From Nitrospirota bacterium (GTDB lineage: Bacteria; Nitrospirota; UBA9217): a stretch of 64,000 bases of DNA. Under the pieces are notes generated by a model that was not told the DNA's origin, did no database searches, and saw only the letters and a program-made list of their open reading frames with translations. The number at the start of each line of letters is the position of its first letter. The stretch's first letter is position 1. The translations under genes and the position numbers were made by a program. The DNA is taken from assembly GCA_963751455.1 (NCBI GenBank), contig CAVVUN010000015.1, forward strand, positions 1,152,001 to 1,216,000, in the 5' to 3' direction. Below are positions 40,653 through 50,771 of the stretch, in pieces.

Positions 40653-42821
40653 ATGATGACCGACAGGAAAGAGACGCAATCAGGGCTGCGGGGTGTGCTA
40701 TACGTCCTCGGGATCCTGGTCATCACTGCACTCGCTGTTGTCCTCCAGATCAAGTATCGTGGTTTCGAAGGTCCGTTCTCGGACAATATCCTCATCATCA
40801 TCCTGATAAACGCCAACTTCCTTCTCCTTGCAGCCGTTATTTTTATGACTGCGCGAAGCCTCTGGAAGCTGTCCATTGAACGAAAACACGGCGTCCTCGG
40901 AGCCAAATTCAGGACAAAGCTGGTGGCCGCATTCGTGAGCTTGTCCTTTATTCCGCCGATTCTCCTATTCGTGATCGGTACCGGGATGTTCACGCGGAGC
41001 ATGGAGAGATTGTTCAGTCTCAAGATCGAGAGCTCGCTGCAGGATTCCGTCGCCGTCGCGCAGGCTTATTACGATCTGCTCCGGAATCAGGCATACGGTT
41101 TCGGCAGGCAGGTAAGCAAGCAGATCACCGAGGAGCATCTTTTGTTCCGGTTTGACAAACCGGTACTGAAAGAATATCTCTCACGGAAGGCAGCCGAGTA
41201 CGGAGTCGGCTCCCTGGAGCTCTATGTCTCCGGAGACCAGACGTCGATATCGGCTGTTACGCGAAAGTTTCCTGCAAGGACATTTACGGCCACATCCGCT
41301 GACCTTGTTAAAAAGGGCTTTCAGGGGCAGGAGGCGTCTGCACTCATCGACCTCCGGAAAAAAGGCGAGATAGTGCGTATAATTGTGCCGGTGTTCGCAG
41401 CGCGTGAGGACAAGCTGGCATCGGCTGCGATAGCGGTCAGTTATTATGTGCCGCGGAGCCTTTCCGCGAAAGCAGCTGAGATCCAGGCAGGCTATGCCCA
41501 GTACCGGTCTTCGCTCAGAGGCAAGGAGCCGATAAAACTTTCACAACGACTCGGTTTCCTGACCGTCACGCTGGCGCTTCTGCTCGCGGCCATCTGGGTG
41601 GCGCTCCGCGTGGCTGACGGCATAACCGGTCCGATAAAAAAACTGGCGGAAGCAACGTCGGCCGTGGCAGCAGGCAGATTCGATTACCACATCGATGAAA
41701 CGACCAGCGACGAAGTCGGCGTACTCATCGATTCCTTCAATAAAATGACGAGAGACCTCAAACACTCGCGCGAACAACTGGAGCATGAGGTCTCCTATAA
41801 AGAGACCATCCTGGCGAACGTTGATACCGGCGTTGTGTCCCTGGACCGCTCGGGAACCATAATAACCATCAACCGGGCGGCCTCAGAGGTCCTCGGGGTG
41901 TCCGTCCAGGATGTGCTGAACAAACGGTATGATGAGGCGCTCGGGTTTATCGAGTTCAGTCCCATCCGCAATCTGTTCCGAAAACTCCAGGAAGGTAACG
42001 GCAGGGTTGAGCAGGAGCTTGACGTAAACGTACGGGGCAGGATGCTTACCCTTCGCATGAGGGTATCGGCCTTGAAGGACGGCGGAGGCACAACCATCGG
42101 GTCCGTAATCGCCTTCGACGATCTTACCGCGCTCATCAGGGCGAAGAAGGCCGAGACTTGGCAGGATGTTGCGCGCAGGATAGCGCATGAGTTCAAGAAC
42201 CCGCTTACGCCCATCAAGCTGTCGGCTGAGCGGCTGCGCAAGAAGCACGCCGAAGGAGCCGCGGATTTCGATACGGTATTCGACGAATGCAGCAGGACGA
42301 TCGTCCAGGAAGCGGACGGCCTTCGGAAGCTCGTCGATGAATTCGCCGACTTTGCCCGGATGCCGGGTTCCAATCCGGTTCCGCAACAGCTTGGTACCGT
42401 GATCGACAGCGCGGCCCAGCTCTACAGCAGTGCACACAGGGACATATCGGTAATTAAAGAAACTTCGCCGGACGGTATGCCGCCCGTAATCTACGATTAC
42501 GAACAGATAAAGCGGGTTTTAATCAACCTGTTTCAGAATGCGGTGGAAGTCATGGGGGGACAGGGCAGGATCTGGGTTGCATCGCGAATGACAGCGAACG
42601 GAATGGCCCAGATCGAGGTGGCCGACGAAGGGCCGGGGATAGCTCCCGAAGACCTGCCGAGCCTGTTCCAGCCCGATTTTTCACGAAAGAAGAAAAAGAG
42701 CGGATTGGGCCTGGCGATCGTTCTCAGAATCATTAAAGACCACGGCGGCGCGATCCGCGTGGAGCAAAATGCGCCGAAAGGCGCCCGGTTTCTGATCGAC
42801 CTGCCGGTACAGCAAGGGTAA
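40653..42821 (+). CDS. NtrY-like HAMP-PAS sensor histidine kinase
   Basis: GAKFRTKLV, HAMP, PAS, WQDVARRIAHEFKNPLTPI.LSAERL, GLGLAIV. Confidence 0.9.
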   Translation: MMTDRKETQSGLRGVLYVLGILVITALAVVLQIKYRGFEGPFSDNILIIILINANFLLLAAVIFMTARSLWKLSIERKHGVLGAKFRTKLVAAFVSLSFIPPILLFVIGTGMFTRSMERLFSLKIESSLQDSVAVAQAYYDLLRNQAYGFGRQVSKQITEEHLLFRFDKPVLKEYLSRKAAEYGVGSLELYVSGDQTSISAVTRKFPARTFTATSADLVKKGFQGQEASALIDLRKKGEIVRIIVPVFAAREDKLASAAIAVSYYVPRSLSAKAAEIQAGYAQYRSSLRGKEPIKLSQRLGFLTVTLALLLAAIWVALRVADGITGPIKKLAEATSAVAAGRFDYHIDETTSDEVGVLIDSFNKMTRDLKHSREQLEHEVSYKETILANVDTGVVSLDRSGTIITINRAASEVLGVSVQDVLNKRYDEALGFIEFSPIRNLFRKLQEGNGRVEQELDVNVRGRMLTLRMRVSALKDGGGTTIGSVIAFDDLTALIRAKKAETWQDVARRIAHEFKNPLTPIKLSAERLRKKHAEGAADFDTVFDECSRTIVQEADGLRKLVDEFADFARMPGSNPVPQQLGTVIDSAAQLYSSAHRDISVIKETSPDGMPPVIYDYEQIKRVLINLFQNAVEVMGGQGRIWVASRMTANGMAQIEVADEGPGIAPEDLPSLFQPDFSRKKKKSGLGLAIVLRIIKDHGGAIRVEQNAPKGARFLIDLPVQQG

Positions 42822-42942
42822 ACCGAATTGCGAATTCTACCCTGCTCTTGCGAATGCGCGGGCATAAACGGATTGTGGATTGTGGAGTAAAAATTCAAAT
42901 CCGAAATCCGCAATCTGAAATTGAAAGGGAGGATTTAATATT

Positions 42943-43314
42943 TTGGATACTGCATCGACGATACTGTTAACCGTAATTGCCATATTCATGATCGTGAAGC
43001 TGCTCGGTTTTCTGAGCCGCCTGGGGATCAAGCAGTTGACGCCGCGGGAACTGGACCAGAAAAAAGGCATGATGCTGATAGATGTGCGGAGCACTAAAGA
43101 ATATCAGAAGGGACACATTCCGGGAGCAGTCCACGTGCCGCTGGCGGACATAGGCGACAAGATAAAGAAGGTAAAAAAAGATAAAGAGCTCGTGGTCTAT
43201 TGCAGAACCGGCAACCAGAGCATCTGGGCCATCAAACGCTTGATGGGCATGGGCTACAAGAACCTATTCAATCTGAAGGGCGGCTACAGTGCCTGGAAAA
43301 AACATCATCCTTGA
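42943..43314 (+). CDS. Rhodanese-domain membrane protein
   Basis: IDVR...GHIPGA...YCRTGNQS...LKGG. Confidence 0.9.
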   Translation: MDTASTILLTVIAIFMIVKLLGFLSRLGIKQLTPRELDQKKGMMLIDVRSTKEYQKGHIPGAVHVPLADIGDKIKKVKKDKELVVYCRTGNQSIWAIKRLMGMGYKNLFNLKGGYSAWKKHHP

Positions 43315-43942
43315 ACTGAAGAAGGACTATCGCCGCAAGAAACCGGCGATCACGCAGCGGCTGAGTGAATTCAAGGCGACCTATGAAAAGGGAGACCGGG
43401 CGATCTTCGAAGAACTGTGTTACTGCATCCTCACGGCCGGAAGCAGCGCGAAAATGGGAATGCGCACAGTTGAGGCGCTGAAGGACATCCTGCATTCGGG
43501 GACGGAGAAGGAACTCCGTGAGCGGGCTCAAACGAGCCGGGTAAGGTTCTGGCGGATTCGTACCTCATATATATTCGAGACCCGGGAGTATCTCAAGGAA
43601 GCATGCGGCATGAAGCTTCGTAGCTTGCTGGAGTCTTTTGACTGCCCTTTCAAGCGCCGCGATTTTTTTGCAAAAAATAAATCGATCAAGGGGCTGGGTT
43701 ACAAGGAATCAAGTCATTTTCTGCGTAATATAGGCTTTCCGGGGTATGCGATCCTGGATAAACATATCGTTAACAGCCTGCATGAAATGCGGTTGGTCAG
43801 AAGTGCAGCTCCGCCCGGGACCGGCGCCAGGTACCTCGAGATTGAAAAAAAGCTTCGAGACTTTGCCATAGAAATCGGCATCAATATGGACCACCTGGAC
43901 CTGCTGCTGTGGTCCGGGAAGACCGGAGAGATTTTGAAATAA
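43289..43942 (+). CDS. ogg: 8-oxoguanine N-glycosylase/DNA lyase (Ogg, Thermotoga/archaeal type)
   Basis: FEELCYCILT, HhH motif IKGLGYKESSHFLRNIG, AILDKH, LDLLLW..KTGEILK. Confidence 0.9.
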   Translation: MPGKNIILELKKDYRRKKPAITQRLSEFKATYEKGDRAIFEELCYCILTAGSSAKMGMRTVEALKDILHSGTEKELRERAQTSRVRFWRIRTSYIFETREYLKEACGMKLRSLLESFDCPFKRRDFFAKNKSIKGLGYKESSHFLRNIGFPGYAILDKHIVNSLHEMRLVRSAAPPGTGARYLEIEKKLRDFAIEIGINMDHLDLLLWSGKTGEILK

Positions 43943-43956
43943 ATTTCGAATGAGGA

Positions 43957-44328
43957 GTGCAGATGAAAAAGGCCATTGCAGTATCAGTTCTCGTTCTTTC
44001 CCTGTGTCTGCCCGGTGCAAAGACATACGCGCAGCCGCAATCTTCCACACGATCTGAAACGGAACAGCAACAGAAAAAGAACAGAGAGTTCTCGGGAAAA
44101 GTGGAAGTGTTCGTGACATCATGGTGTCCGTACTGCACCAAACTCCAAAAATTTCTGAAGGCCAAGGGAATACGCTATACCGCTTACGATATCGAGACGG
44201 ACACAAGCGCCCGTAAGCGGTATAACGAATTAGGCGTCAGGGGAGTTCCCGTAACGAGGATAGGTTCTTTGATCATACAAGGATATAATCCTGATGCAGT
44301 TCTGAAAGCAATCGAGAGCGAACAATGA
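43957..44328 (+). CDS. Exported glutaredoxin-like protein
   Basis: Signal peptide, WCPYC, GVP. Confidence 0.88.
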   Translation: MQMKKAIAVSVLVLSLCLPGAKTYAQPQSSTRSETEQQQKKNREFSGKVEVFVTSWCPYCTKLQKFLKAKGIRYTAYDIETDTSARKRYNELGVRGVPVTRIGSLIIQGYNPDAVLKAIESEQ

Positions 44329-44345
44329 GACACTAAGGAGAGCTT

Positions 44346-44642
44346 ATGAGTGATAGGGGTCTGAAAAAAGCAGTGATCATCGGCGCGGCGCTCGGAGCGC
44401 TCTTCACCCTCGGTACGGCCCTGTCCATGGACATCTTTTTTTCGGACACCTTTCAGGGCACATGGCGTGACGCTGCGGCCAAAGATGTGACAAAGATGTT
44501 CGGACCCGGCTGCGGCGGGAATTATTTTGCCGTTACGCTAGTCCTCGTTCTCGTGATGGGCTTCCTCGCCGGCTTCGGTGCTTTTCTCGGCGCCGCCGCA
44601 GGTATGATCATGAACCGGTTCTTTAAACTCCTGGCAAAGTGA
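44346..44642 (+). CDS. Hypothetical membrane protein
   Basis: 98 aa with two Gly/Ala-rich TM helices, SD AAGGAG. Confidence 0.75.
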   Translation: MSDRGLKKAVIIGAALGALFTLGTALSMDIFFSDTFQGTWRDAAAKDVTKMFGPGCGGNYFAVTLVLVLVMGFLAGFGAFLGAAAGMIMNRFFKLLAK

Positions 44643-44647
44643 AGGCC

Positions 44648-44766
44648 GCTCGTTATAACACTCATGCTCGTGTTCGTGATGGGATTCCTAGGCAGGCTAA
44701 GGGGCCTTCTCGGAGCGGCCGCGGGTTTTTATCATGAGCCATTTTTTCAAGCTCATGACGAAATAA
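44648..44766 (+). pseudogene. Degenerate duplicate of the 3' end of 44346..44642
   Basis: CTCGTGTTCGTGATGGGATTCCT...CTCGGAGCGGCCGCGGGT...ATCATGAGCCATTTTTTCAAGCTC parallels 44544-44632, with indels. Confidence 0.7.
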
Positions 44767-44823
44767 ATGTGTGCTCAATGACCTGAAGGTAGTTCCGGCT
44801 TGTCCGGGTTAGGTAAGTTGGAA

Positions 44824-45063
44824 TTATGACTGACCCTTAAGCTGCTTCACTTCTTTTGAGGTAGTAATCAGGGCGTCGGACAGAGCTTTGACCGTGACTT
44901 TGATCTCCACGATATCTGCCTTGACTTCCGAAACATCATTTTTGATATCAGTGATGTCGTCTTCAATCGAACTCACACGGCCGTCGAGCTTGTCAACGCT
45001 GCTTTTAAGCCCGCCGATATCTGACTTTATTTCGAGAAGCATGTCGATGATCTTACTTTCCAT
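44824..45063 (-). CDS. Short heptad-repeat coiled-coil protein, copy 1 (79 aa)
   Basis: MESKIIDMLLEIKSD...ALSDALITTSKEVKQLKGQS. Confidence 0.75.
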   Translation of the reverse strand: MESKIIDMLLEIKSDIGGLKSSVDKLDGRVSSIEDDITDIKNDVSEVKADIVEIKVTVKALSDALITTSKEVKQLKGQS

Positions 45064-45103
45064 TATTGACCACTCCAGGTAATCCTGCGCTAATAGTTGG
45101 AAA

Positions 45104-45385
45104 CTATGACTGACCCTTAAGCTGCTTCACTTCTTTTGAAGTAGTAATCAGTGCGTCGGACAGGGCATTGACCGTGGTTTTTATTTGCGAAATGTCGGTC
45201 TTCATATCAGACATTTCCTGTTTCATATCCGATATTTCGATTTTCATATCTTTGATGTCGTCTTCCACACTGCAAAGACGACCATCAAGTTTGTCGACGC
45301 TGACCTTAATCTCAGTCTGGCCTTTCCTGAGTTCGCCGACATCGGACTTGATTTCGAGAAGCATGTCGATGATCTTATTTTCCAT
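45104..45385 (-). CDS. Short heptad-repeat coiled-coil protein, copy 2 (93 aa)
   Basis: Paralogue with two extra heptads, SD GGGAG, and upstream TTGACA-18-TAGACT. Confidence 0.78.
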   Translation of the reverse strand: MENKIIDMLLEIKSDVGELRKGQTEIKVSVDKLDGRLCSVEDDIKDMKIEISDMKQEMSDMKTDISQIKTTVNALSDALITTSKEVKQLKGQS

Positions 45386-45469
45386 GACCGGACCACTCCC
45401 TGAGAACCACTGCCGCTAAGCAAAAAGTCTATCACGTCCGTCTCTTGGCTGTCAATCACAAAAAAAGCC

Positions 45470-45534
45470 GTTCTCAGCGCCGCTTGCGAAAACGATAAGG
45501 GCACATCCTCATCGATATACACCCTTATTCTCAT
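45470..45534 (-). pseudogene. N-terminal remnant of a DUF5615/PIN-like toxin
   Basis: MRIRVYIDEDVP start overlaps the DUF433 stop (ATGA) and is cut off by the coiled-coil unit. Confidence 0.6.
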
Positions 45535-45814
45535 TTTCCGAGCAGTCCTTTTATATTTTCTTCCGACTCTTCGTCTATTACCTGATCAATTTTTTGCTGG
45601 TGCTCATAATAGTAGGAGAGGGCATCATGAATTTGAGAAAGCGTGAGGTGGGGAAACTTTCGCGCGAGCTCTTCAGGGGTAAGCCCGGGGTAAGCCCCAG
45701 CTTGTAGTAGGCGACAATGTTTGAGACCCTTGTTCTTGTCCCCGCAATTATAGGGCGGCCGCCTTCCATCTCCTGTCGAGACGATATGTACGGATGAATA
45801 ATCTCTGTAGGCAT
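45531..45814 (-). pseudogene. DUF433 antitoxin, frameshifted by an 11-bp duplication
   Basis: HPYI...GGRPIIAGTRTRVSNI...GLTP|EELARKFPHLTLSQIHDALSYYYEH. GGGGTAAGCCC occurs twice at 45676-45697. Confidence 0.82.
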
Positions 45815-45930
45815 ACTTTCCGCCCCCAGCGACGGTCACGCTTATTTTTTCTATGATAATTGAATTATAACGATTTCCGGACCGGTTATTTGGATAGGTT
45901 GCAAACTTGGGAAGTGGCACATCCTGGAAA

Positions 45931-46212
45931 TTATGACTGACCCTTAAGCTGCTTCACTTCTTTTCAGGTAGTAATCAGGGCGTCGGACAGGGCATTGACC
46001 GTGGTTTTTATTTGCGAAATATCGCTCTTCATATCAGACATTTCCTGTTTCATATCCGATATTTCGATTTTCATATCTTTGATGTCGTCTTCCACACTGC
46101 AAAGACGACCATCAAGTTTGTCGACGCTGTCCTTAATCTCAGCCTGGCCTTTCCTGAGCTCGCCGACGTCGGACTTGATCTCGAGAAGCATGTCGATAAT
46201 TTTAGTTTCCAT
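45931..46212 (-). pseudogene. Coiled-coil protein copy 3 with a TCA>TGA nonsense change 10 codons before the shared stop
   Basis: Near-identical to copy 2. ACC TGA AAA GAA replaces ACY TCA AAA GAA, and KEVKQLKGQS continues in frame. Confidence 0.7.
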
Positions 46213-46454
46213 GACCGGACCACTCCCTGAAGGTCACTGCCTATAACTGCAAAAGTTTATCACGTCCGTCTCTTGGCTGTCAATCACCCAAGAACAGCGA
46301 TAGAAAATGGGCAGGCCCTCTTGAAGTGTCTGCGGCCGGTTTTTTTTAAACCCGCTCGCCCTATTCAACTTCACAACAACCTCAAGAGCAGCCCTGCTTC
46401 ACTTCGTAGGGACTTTTTTGCTCAAATTTCCCAATGAGGGCGCACTGATCCTGT

Positions 46455-46544
46455 AATGCGGTGTACTTCCGCATCGGGGTGATTGCCTATAATCTTTTCA
46501 TTGGGTTCAAACGGATTCCCTGCATTGAAACCTGGGCGCGACAT
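46455..46544 (+). mobile_element. IS1380-like transposase fragment
   Basis: Translates to NAVYFRIGVIAYNLFIGFKR..C.E.W..H, resembling the C-terminal AYNL segment of IS1380-type DDE transposases (from memory). Confidence 0.55.
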
Positions 46545-46560
46545 AACGACATAAGAGAGC

Positions 46561-47292
46561 CTAATTTACATACTCGAAATGAGCTCCTCCTGTGCCCGTT
46601 TTAGTATTTACGTTTCCGCTGATGGCTAACCCGCTATCTGGAACACTGAACATCAGCCATGTCGCCCCTTTTTTGAAGTTGAAAGCATTCTGGTTTTGAG
46701 CCACCGCCGACATATCAAGTTGAAACGTTACCGCATTCTCAGAGGAATGCAACGGTGTAATTTGAATGTTTGGCGCGCAGGTAGCTGCATATGCATCCGG
46801 GCAGTACTGAACCAGCTCGGTAGCACCAAAGCCGGTAATAGTAGTCAGACCCGTAAGAGAGACAGCAACACCCACAACAGATCCCGCAACATACTCGAAA
46901 TGAGCACCCCCTGTGCCCGTTTTAGCATTTACGTTCCCGCTGATAGCTAAACTGCTCTCTGGAACACTGAATATCAGCCATGCGTCACCGTTTTTGAAGT
47001 TGAAGGCATTCTGGTTTTGAGACACCGCCGACATATCAAGTTGAAACGTTGCCACATTCTCAGAGGAATGCAACGGTGTAATTTGAATGTTTGGCGCGCA
47101 GGTAGTTGCATATGCGTCCGGGCAGTACTGAACCAGCTCGGTAGCACCAAATCCGGCAATAGTAGTCAGGCCCGTAGGAGAGACATACACAGAGATAGTT
47201 TTCACCTCACTATGGTTGTCTTTGCAGCCCATAAAAAACGTGACTGCGGTAATAAACAATACTATCGATACTATCTTTAATCTCTTTTTCAC
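46561..47292 (-). CDS. Lipoprotein with two near-identical domains of about 105 aa
   Basis: Lipobox FMGC, duplicated TGLTTI.GFGATELVQYCPDAYA.TCAPN...GGAHFEYV, SD GGAGG. Confidence 0.85.
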   Translation of the reverse strand: MKKRLKIVSIVLFITAVTFFMGCKDNHSEVKTISVYVSPTGLTTIAGFGATELVQYCPDAYATTCAPNIQITPLHSSENVATFQLDMSAVSQNQNAFNFKNGDAWLIFSVPESSLAISGNVNAKTGTGGAHFEYVAGSVVGVAVSLTGLTTITGFGATELVQYCPDAYAATCAPNIQITPLHSSENAVTFQLDMSAVAQNQNAFNFKKGATWLMFSVPDSGLAISGNVNTKTGTGGAHFEYVN

Positions 47293-47394
47293 CTTGCACC
47301 TCCCGTTTTTCGTCTCCCGATTTCAATGCGCTGTCCGGTTTTATGACACAGAACCCAGCGCTGCCCTCAAAGTACTGCGACAACAGTGCCCTGT

Positions 47395-47526
47395 TCTCGG
47401 CGATCGCCTCCCGTTTCATGCAGTTTGTTGCCGCCCTACATACGGGATTTGGTGCTGGACCGGCGGCTACCCTTTGTCCAGACCGGACTTGCACCGGCAA
47501 GACCTGATAAGCTTTCTTGGTACAAC
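47395..47526 (-). ncRNA. 5' (domain I) fragment of a group II intron
   Basis: Minus strand GTTGTACCAAGAAAGC...GCCGGTGCAAGTCCGG...AAGGGTAGCC...GGCAAC resembles bacterial group II intron 5' ends. No reverse transcriptase ORF and no domain V seen. Confidence 0.5.
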
Positions 47527-47594
47527 TCGCGCTGCTCTTCCCGAACCTAACGGCTGACGTTTCACCGCTGGGGTTGGAAAAACAACCGCCTTGC

Positions 47595-50500
47595 CTAAGG
47601 CGATGTGACGAATGTACCGGAAGATCCAACAACCGCAAACTGTGTGCCTGACCATGTGATGTCAAAAAGCCCATTTGTCGTGCCTGATGTGCGCACTGTC
47701 CAGGTAACGCCATCAGGTGATGTGATGATTGCCCCTGAAGTTCCAACAGCCGCAAATAGTGTACCTGACCAGAAAATGTCGTAAAGATTCTGCGCTGAAT
47801 AACGCACTGTCCATATAACGCCATCAGGCGATGTGAGGGTTTTGGAAAATCCAACAACCGTAAACTGTGTGCCTGACCAAGCGACGCCATTAAGGTTATT
47901 TGTCGTGCCTGATATGCGCACTGTCCATGAAATGCCATCAGGTGATGTGAGGATTGTGCCGGAAGATCCAACAACCGCAAACTGTGTGCCTGACCATGTA
48001 ATGTCAAAAAGCCCATTTGTCGTGCCTGATGTTCTCGCTGTCCATGTAATGCCATCGGCTGATGTGAGGATTGTGCCGGAAGATCCAACAACCGCAAACT
48101 GTGTGCCTGACCAGACGATGCTAGAAAGCAAAGGTGTCGTGCCCGATCCGTGGTTCCATGTAATGCCGTCAGGCGATGTGAGAATTATGCCGGAATTTCC
48201 CACAGCCACAAATTGTGTGCCTGACCAAGCGACGCCATTAAGGTTATTTGTCGTGCCTGATATGCGGTCTGTCCATGTAATGCCGTCAGGCGAAGTGAGG
48301 ATTGTACCGGAATCTCCCACAGCCGCGAATATTGTACCAGTCCAAGCGACGCCGTTAAGGTTATTTGTTGCGCCGGATCTGCGGTTCCAGGTAATACCGT
48401 CAGGCGATGTGAGAATTATGCCGGAATTTCCCACAGCCACAAATTGTGTGCCTGACCAAGCGACGTCATTAAGGTTATTTGTCGTGCCTGATATACGGTC
48501 TGTCCATGTAATGCCGTCAGGCGAAGTGAGGATTGTACCGGAATCTCCCACAGCCGCAAACTGTGTGCCTGACCAGGCGATGCCAGTGAGCCCATCAGTC
48601 GTTCCTGACGCATGATCTATGGTCCATGTAATGCCGTCAGAGGACGTGATGATGTCGCCGTAATCATAAAGAGCCACAAACTGCGTGCCTGACCAGATGA
48701 TGCCAGCAAAGTAACCACCCATCCATGACTCTCGTATCGTCCATGTAATGCCGTCTGGGGATGTATGAATTGTGTAGTCATATCCGACAGCCGCAAACAA
48801 TGTGCCTGACCAAGCGACGCCATTAAGGTTTTTTGTTGTGCCTGATATGCGGACTGTCCATGTAATGCCATCAGGGGATGTGCGAATTGTGCCGCTCCCT
48901 CCCACAACTACAAACTGTGTGCCTGACCAGGTGATGCCAGAAAGGGTATTTGTCGTGCCTGATGAGCGGGCTGTCCATGTAATACCATCAGCCGATGTGA
49001 GGATTGTGCCGCTCCCTCCCACAGCTACAAACTGTGTGCCTGACCAGGTGATGCCATAAAGGGTATTTGTCGTACCTGATGAGCGGGCTATCCATGTAAT
49101 ACCATCAACCGATGTGAGGATTGTGCCATTCCCTCCCACAGCAGCAAACCGAGTGCCCGACCAGGCAATGCCAATAATCCAATTAGTGTTGGAGGGCGAA
49201 GCGAGCCAGTTTAAACCTGCAGTTGGTAGTGTAGTTGTTACAGTCAATGACGTACTATTTACTATCGTGCCAGATGTTGCGGTAATCGTAGCAATGCCTG
49301 CTGCAACACCTGTTGCAAGGCCACTTGCATTCACTGTTGCAATTCCTGCATTGGACGAAGTCCATGTTACAGAGGCTGTAATATCGTTCGATATCCCGTC
49401 GGAGTACGTGCCTGTGGCCGTGAACTGTTTGAGAGCGGTTGTAGCAATGCCAGGGTTAGCAGGTGTCACTGCAATGGAAACTAATGTTGAGGTCTGTGTT
49501 GTTATCGTCAGTGAGGCTGATCCCGATATGCTTCCCGACGACGCTGTGATCGTTGTCGAGCCAGCTGCTACGCCGGTTGCCAAACCAGCATTTGAGATTG
49601 TTGCCTTGCTCAGATTAGACGAGCTCCAAGTGACTGATCCAGTAATGTTTTGCGCAGTGCTGTCGGAATAGGTTCCTGTAGCTATAAATTGCTGACTCGC
49701 GCCTGTTGCAATGCTCGGATTAGTAGGCGTCACCGCGATGGAAACCAATGTCGCGGTCTGAGTTGTTATAGTCAGTGAAGATGATCCCGATATGCTTCCC
49801 AACGACGCTGTGATCGTTGTCGAGCCAGCTGCTACGCCGGTTGCCAAACCAGCATTTGAGATTGTTGCCTTGCTCAGATTAGACGAGCTCCAAGTGACTG
49901 ATCCAGTAATGTTTTGCGCTGTGCTGTCGGAATATGTTCCTGTCGCCGTAAATTGCTGACTCGCGCCTATTACGATGCTTGGATTAGCAGGTGTCACCGC
50001 AATGGTGACCAACGTTGCGGTCTGTGTTGTTATAGTTAGTGACGCTGATCCAGATATGATCCCCGACGACGCTGTGATCGTTGTCGAGCCCGCTGCGACG
50101 CCGGTTGCCAGCCCCGTATTTGAGATAGTTGCTTTGCTCGTATTCGACGAACTCCAAGTTACCGAGCCCGTAATATTTTGCGTTGTGTTGTCTGAATATG
50201 TTCCCGTTGCCGTAAACTGCTGCGTCGCGCCGGGTGCAATACTCGGATTAGCCGGGATCACTGCAATTGAAACCAACGTTGCGTTCTGCGCGGTTATAGT
50301 TAATGTCGCTGTTTTCTCTACACTCCCGGACATCGCCTTGATCGTTGTCGTTCCGGCAGCAATGGCAGTTGCCAGGCCAGCATTTGAAATATTTGCTTTG
50401 CTTGTATCAGAAGACGTCCAAGTAACTGATGCAGTGATATTTTGTGTTGAATTATCCGAGTAAGTTCCGATAGCTGTGAATTGCTGACTCGCGCCGGTTG

Positions 50501-50642
50501 CAATCGAAGGGCTGGCAGGCGTGACCGCGATAGATGTCAGCGTAGCGCCGCTGTTATTCGTTATAGCTGAACTACCACAGCCTGTTACAACCATGAGTGA
50601 TATCACGAGAACCGCAACTAAGAAACCGATTTTCCCCCTCAT
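47595..50642 (-). CDS. Large surface lipoprotein: five Big_2 (Ig-like) domains plus Asp-box/BNR-type beta-propeller repeats
   Basis: Lipobox VTGC, five L.SIAVTP.NPSI..GA.QQF.A.GTYSD...VTWSSS units, about 14 WSGTQF.AVG.SGTILTSPDGITW repeats. Lower GC than flanks. Confidence 0.92.
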   Translation of the reverse strand: MRGKIGFLVAVLVISLMVVTGCGSSAITNNSGATLTSIAVTPASPSIATGASQQFTAIGTYSDNSTQNITASVTWTSSDTSKANISNAGLATAIAAGTTTIKAMSGSVEKTATLTITAQNATLVSIAVIPANPSIAPGATQQFTATGTYSDNTTQNITGSVTWSSSNTSKATISNTGLATGVAAGSTTITASSGIISGSASLTITTQTATLVTIAVTPANPSIVIGASQQFTATGTYSDSTAQNITGSVTWSSSNLSKATISNAGLATGVAAGSTTITASLGSISGSSSLTITTQTATLVSIAVTPTNPSIATGASQQFIATGTYSDSTAQNITGSVTWSSSNLSKATISNAGLATGVAAGSTTITASSGSISGSASLTITTQTSTLVSIAVTPANPGIATTALKQFTATGTYSDGISNDITASVTWTSSNAGIATVNASGLATGVAAGIATITATSGTIVNSTSLTVTTTLPTAGLNWLASPSNTNWIIGIAWSGTRFAAVGGNGTILTSVDGITWIARSSGTTNTLYGITWSGTQFVAVGGSGTILTSADGITWTARSSGTTNTLSGITWSGTQFVVVGGSGTIRTSPDGITWTVRISGTTKNLNGVAWSGTLFAAVGYDYTIHTSPDGITWTIRESWMGGYFAGIIWSGTQFVALYDYGDIITSSDGITWTIDHASGTTDGLTGIAWSGTQFAAVGDSGTILTSPDGITWTDRISGTTNNLNDVAWSGTQFVAVGNSGIILTSPDGITWNRRSGATNNLNGVAWTGTIFAAVGDSGTILTSPDGITWTDRISGTTNNLNGVAWSGTQFVAVGNSGIILTSPDGITWNHGSGTTPLLSSIVWSGTQFAVVGSSGTILTSADGITWTARTSGTTNGLFDITWSGTQFAVVGSSGTILTSPDGISWTVRISGTTNNLNGVAWSGTQFTVVGFSKTLTSPDGVIWTVRYSAQNLYDIFWSGTLFAAVGTSGAIITSPDGVTWTVRTSGTTNGLFDITWSGTQFAVVGSSGTFVTSP

Positions 50643-50771
50643 AATTATCTCCCTTTGTCGAAATTGAGATAGGACTTACTATGCGCACAGCCCCAAAATA
50701 TAAGCGAATGGTTACATCGTATACTATGAATTCATTGTATTGTCAACGCAAATGGTTATATATTCGTTTTC

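Noticed and set aside
45964-45966. In-frame TGA in coiled-coil copy 3 as selenocysteine
   Set aside because: Paralogues have Ser (TCA), not Cys, and there is no downstream hairpin. It is a simple nonsense change.
47595-49200. Propeller-repeat DNA as a diversity-generating retroelement template/variable pair
   Set aside because: The repeats are in-frame coding units, I saw no adenine-specific pattern in the differences, and there is no reverse transcriptase.
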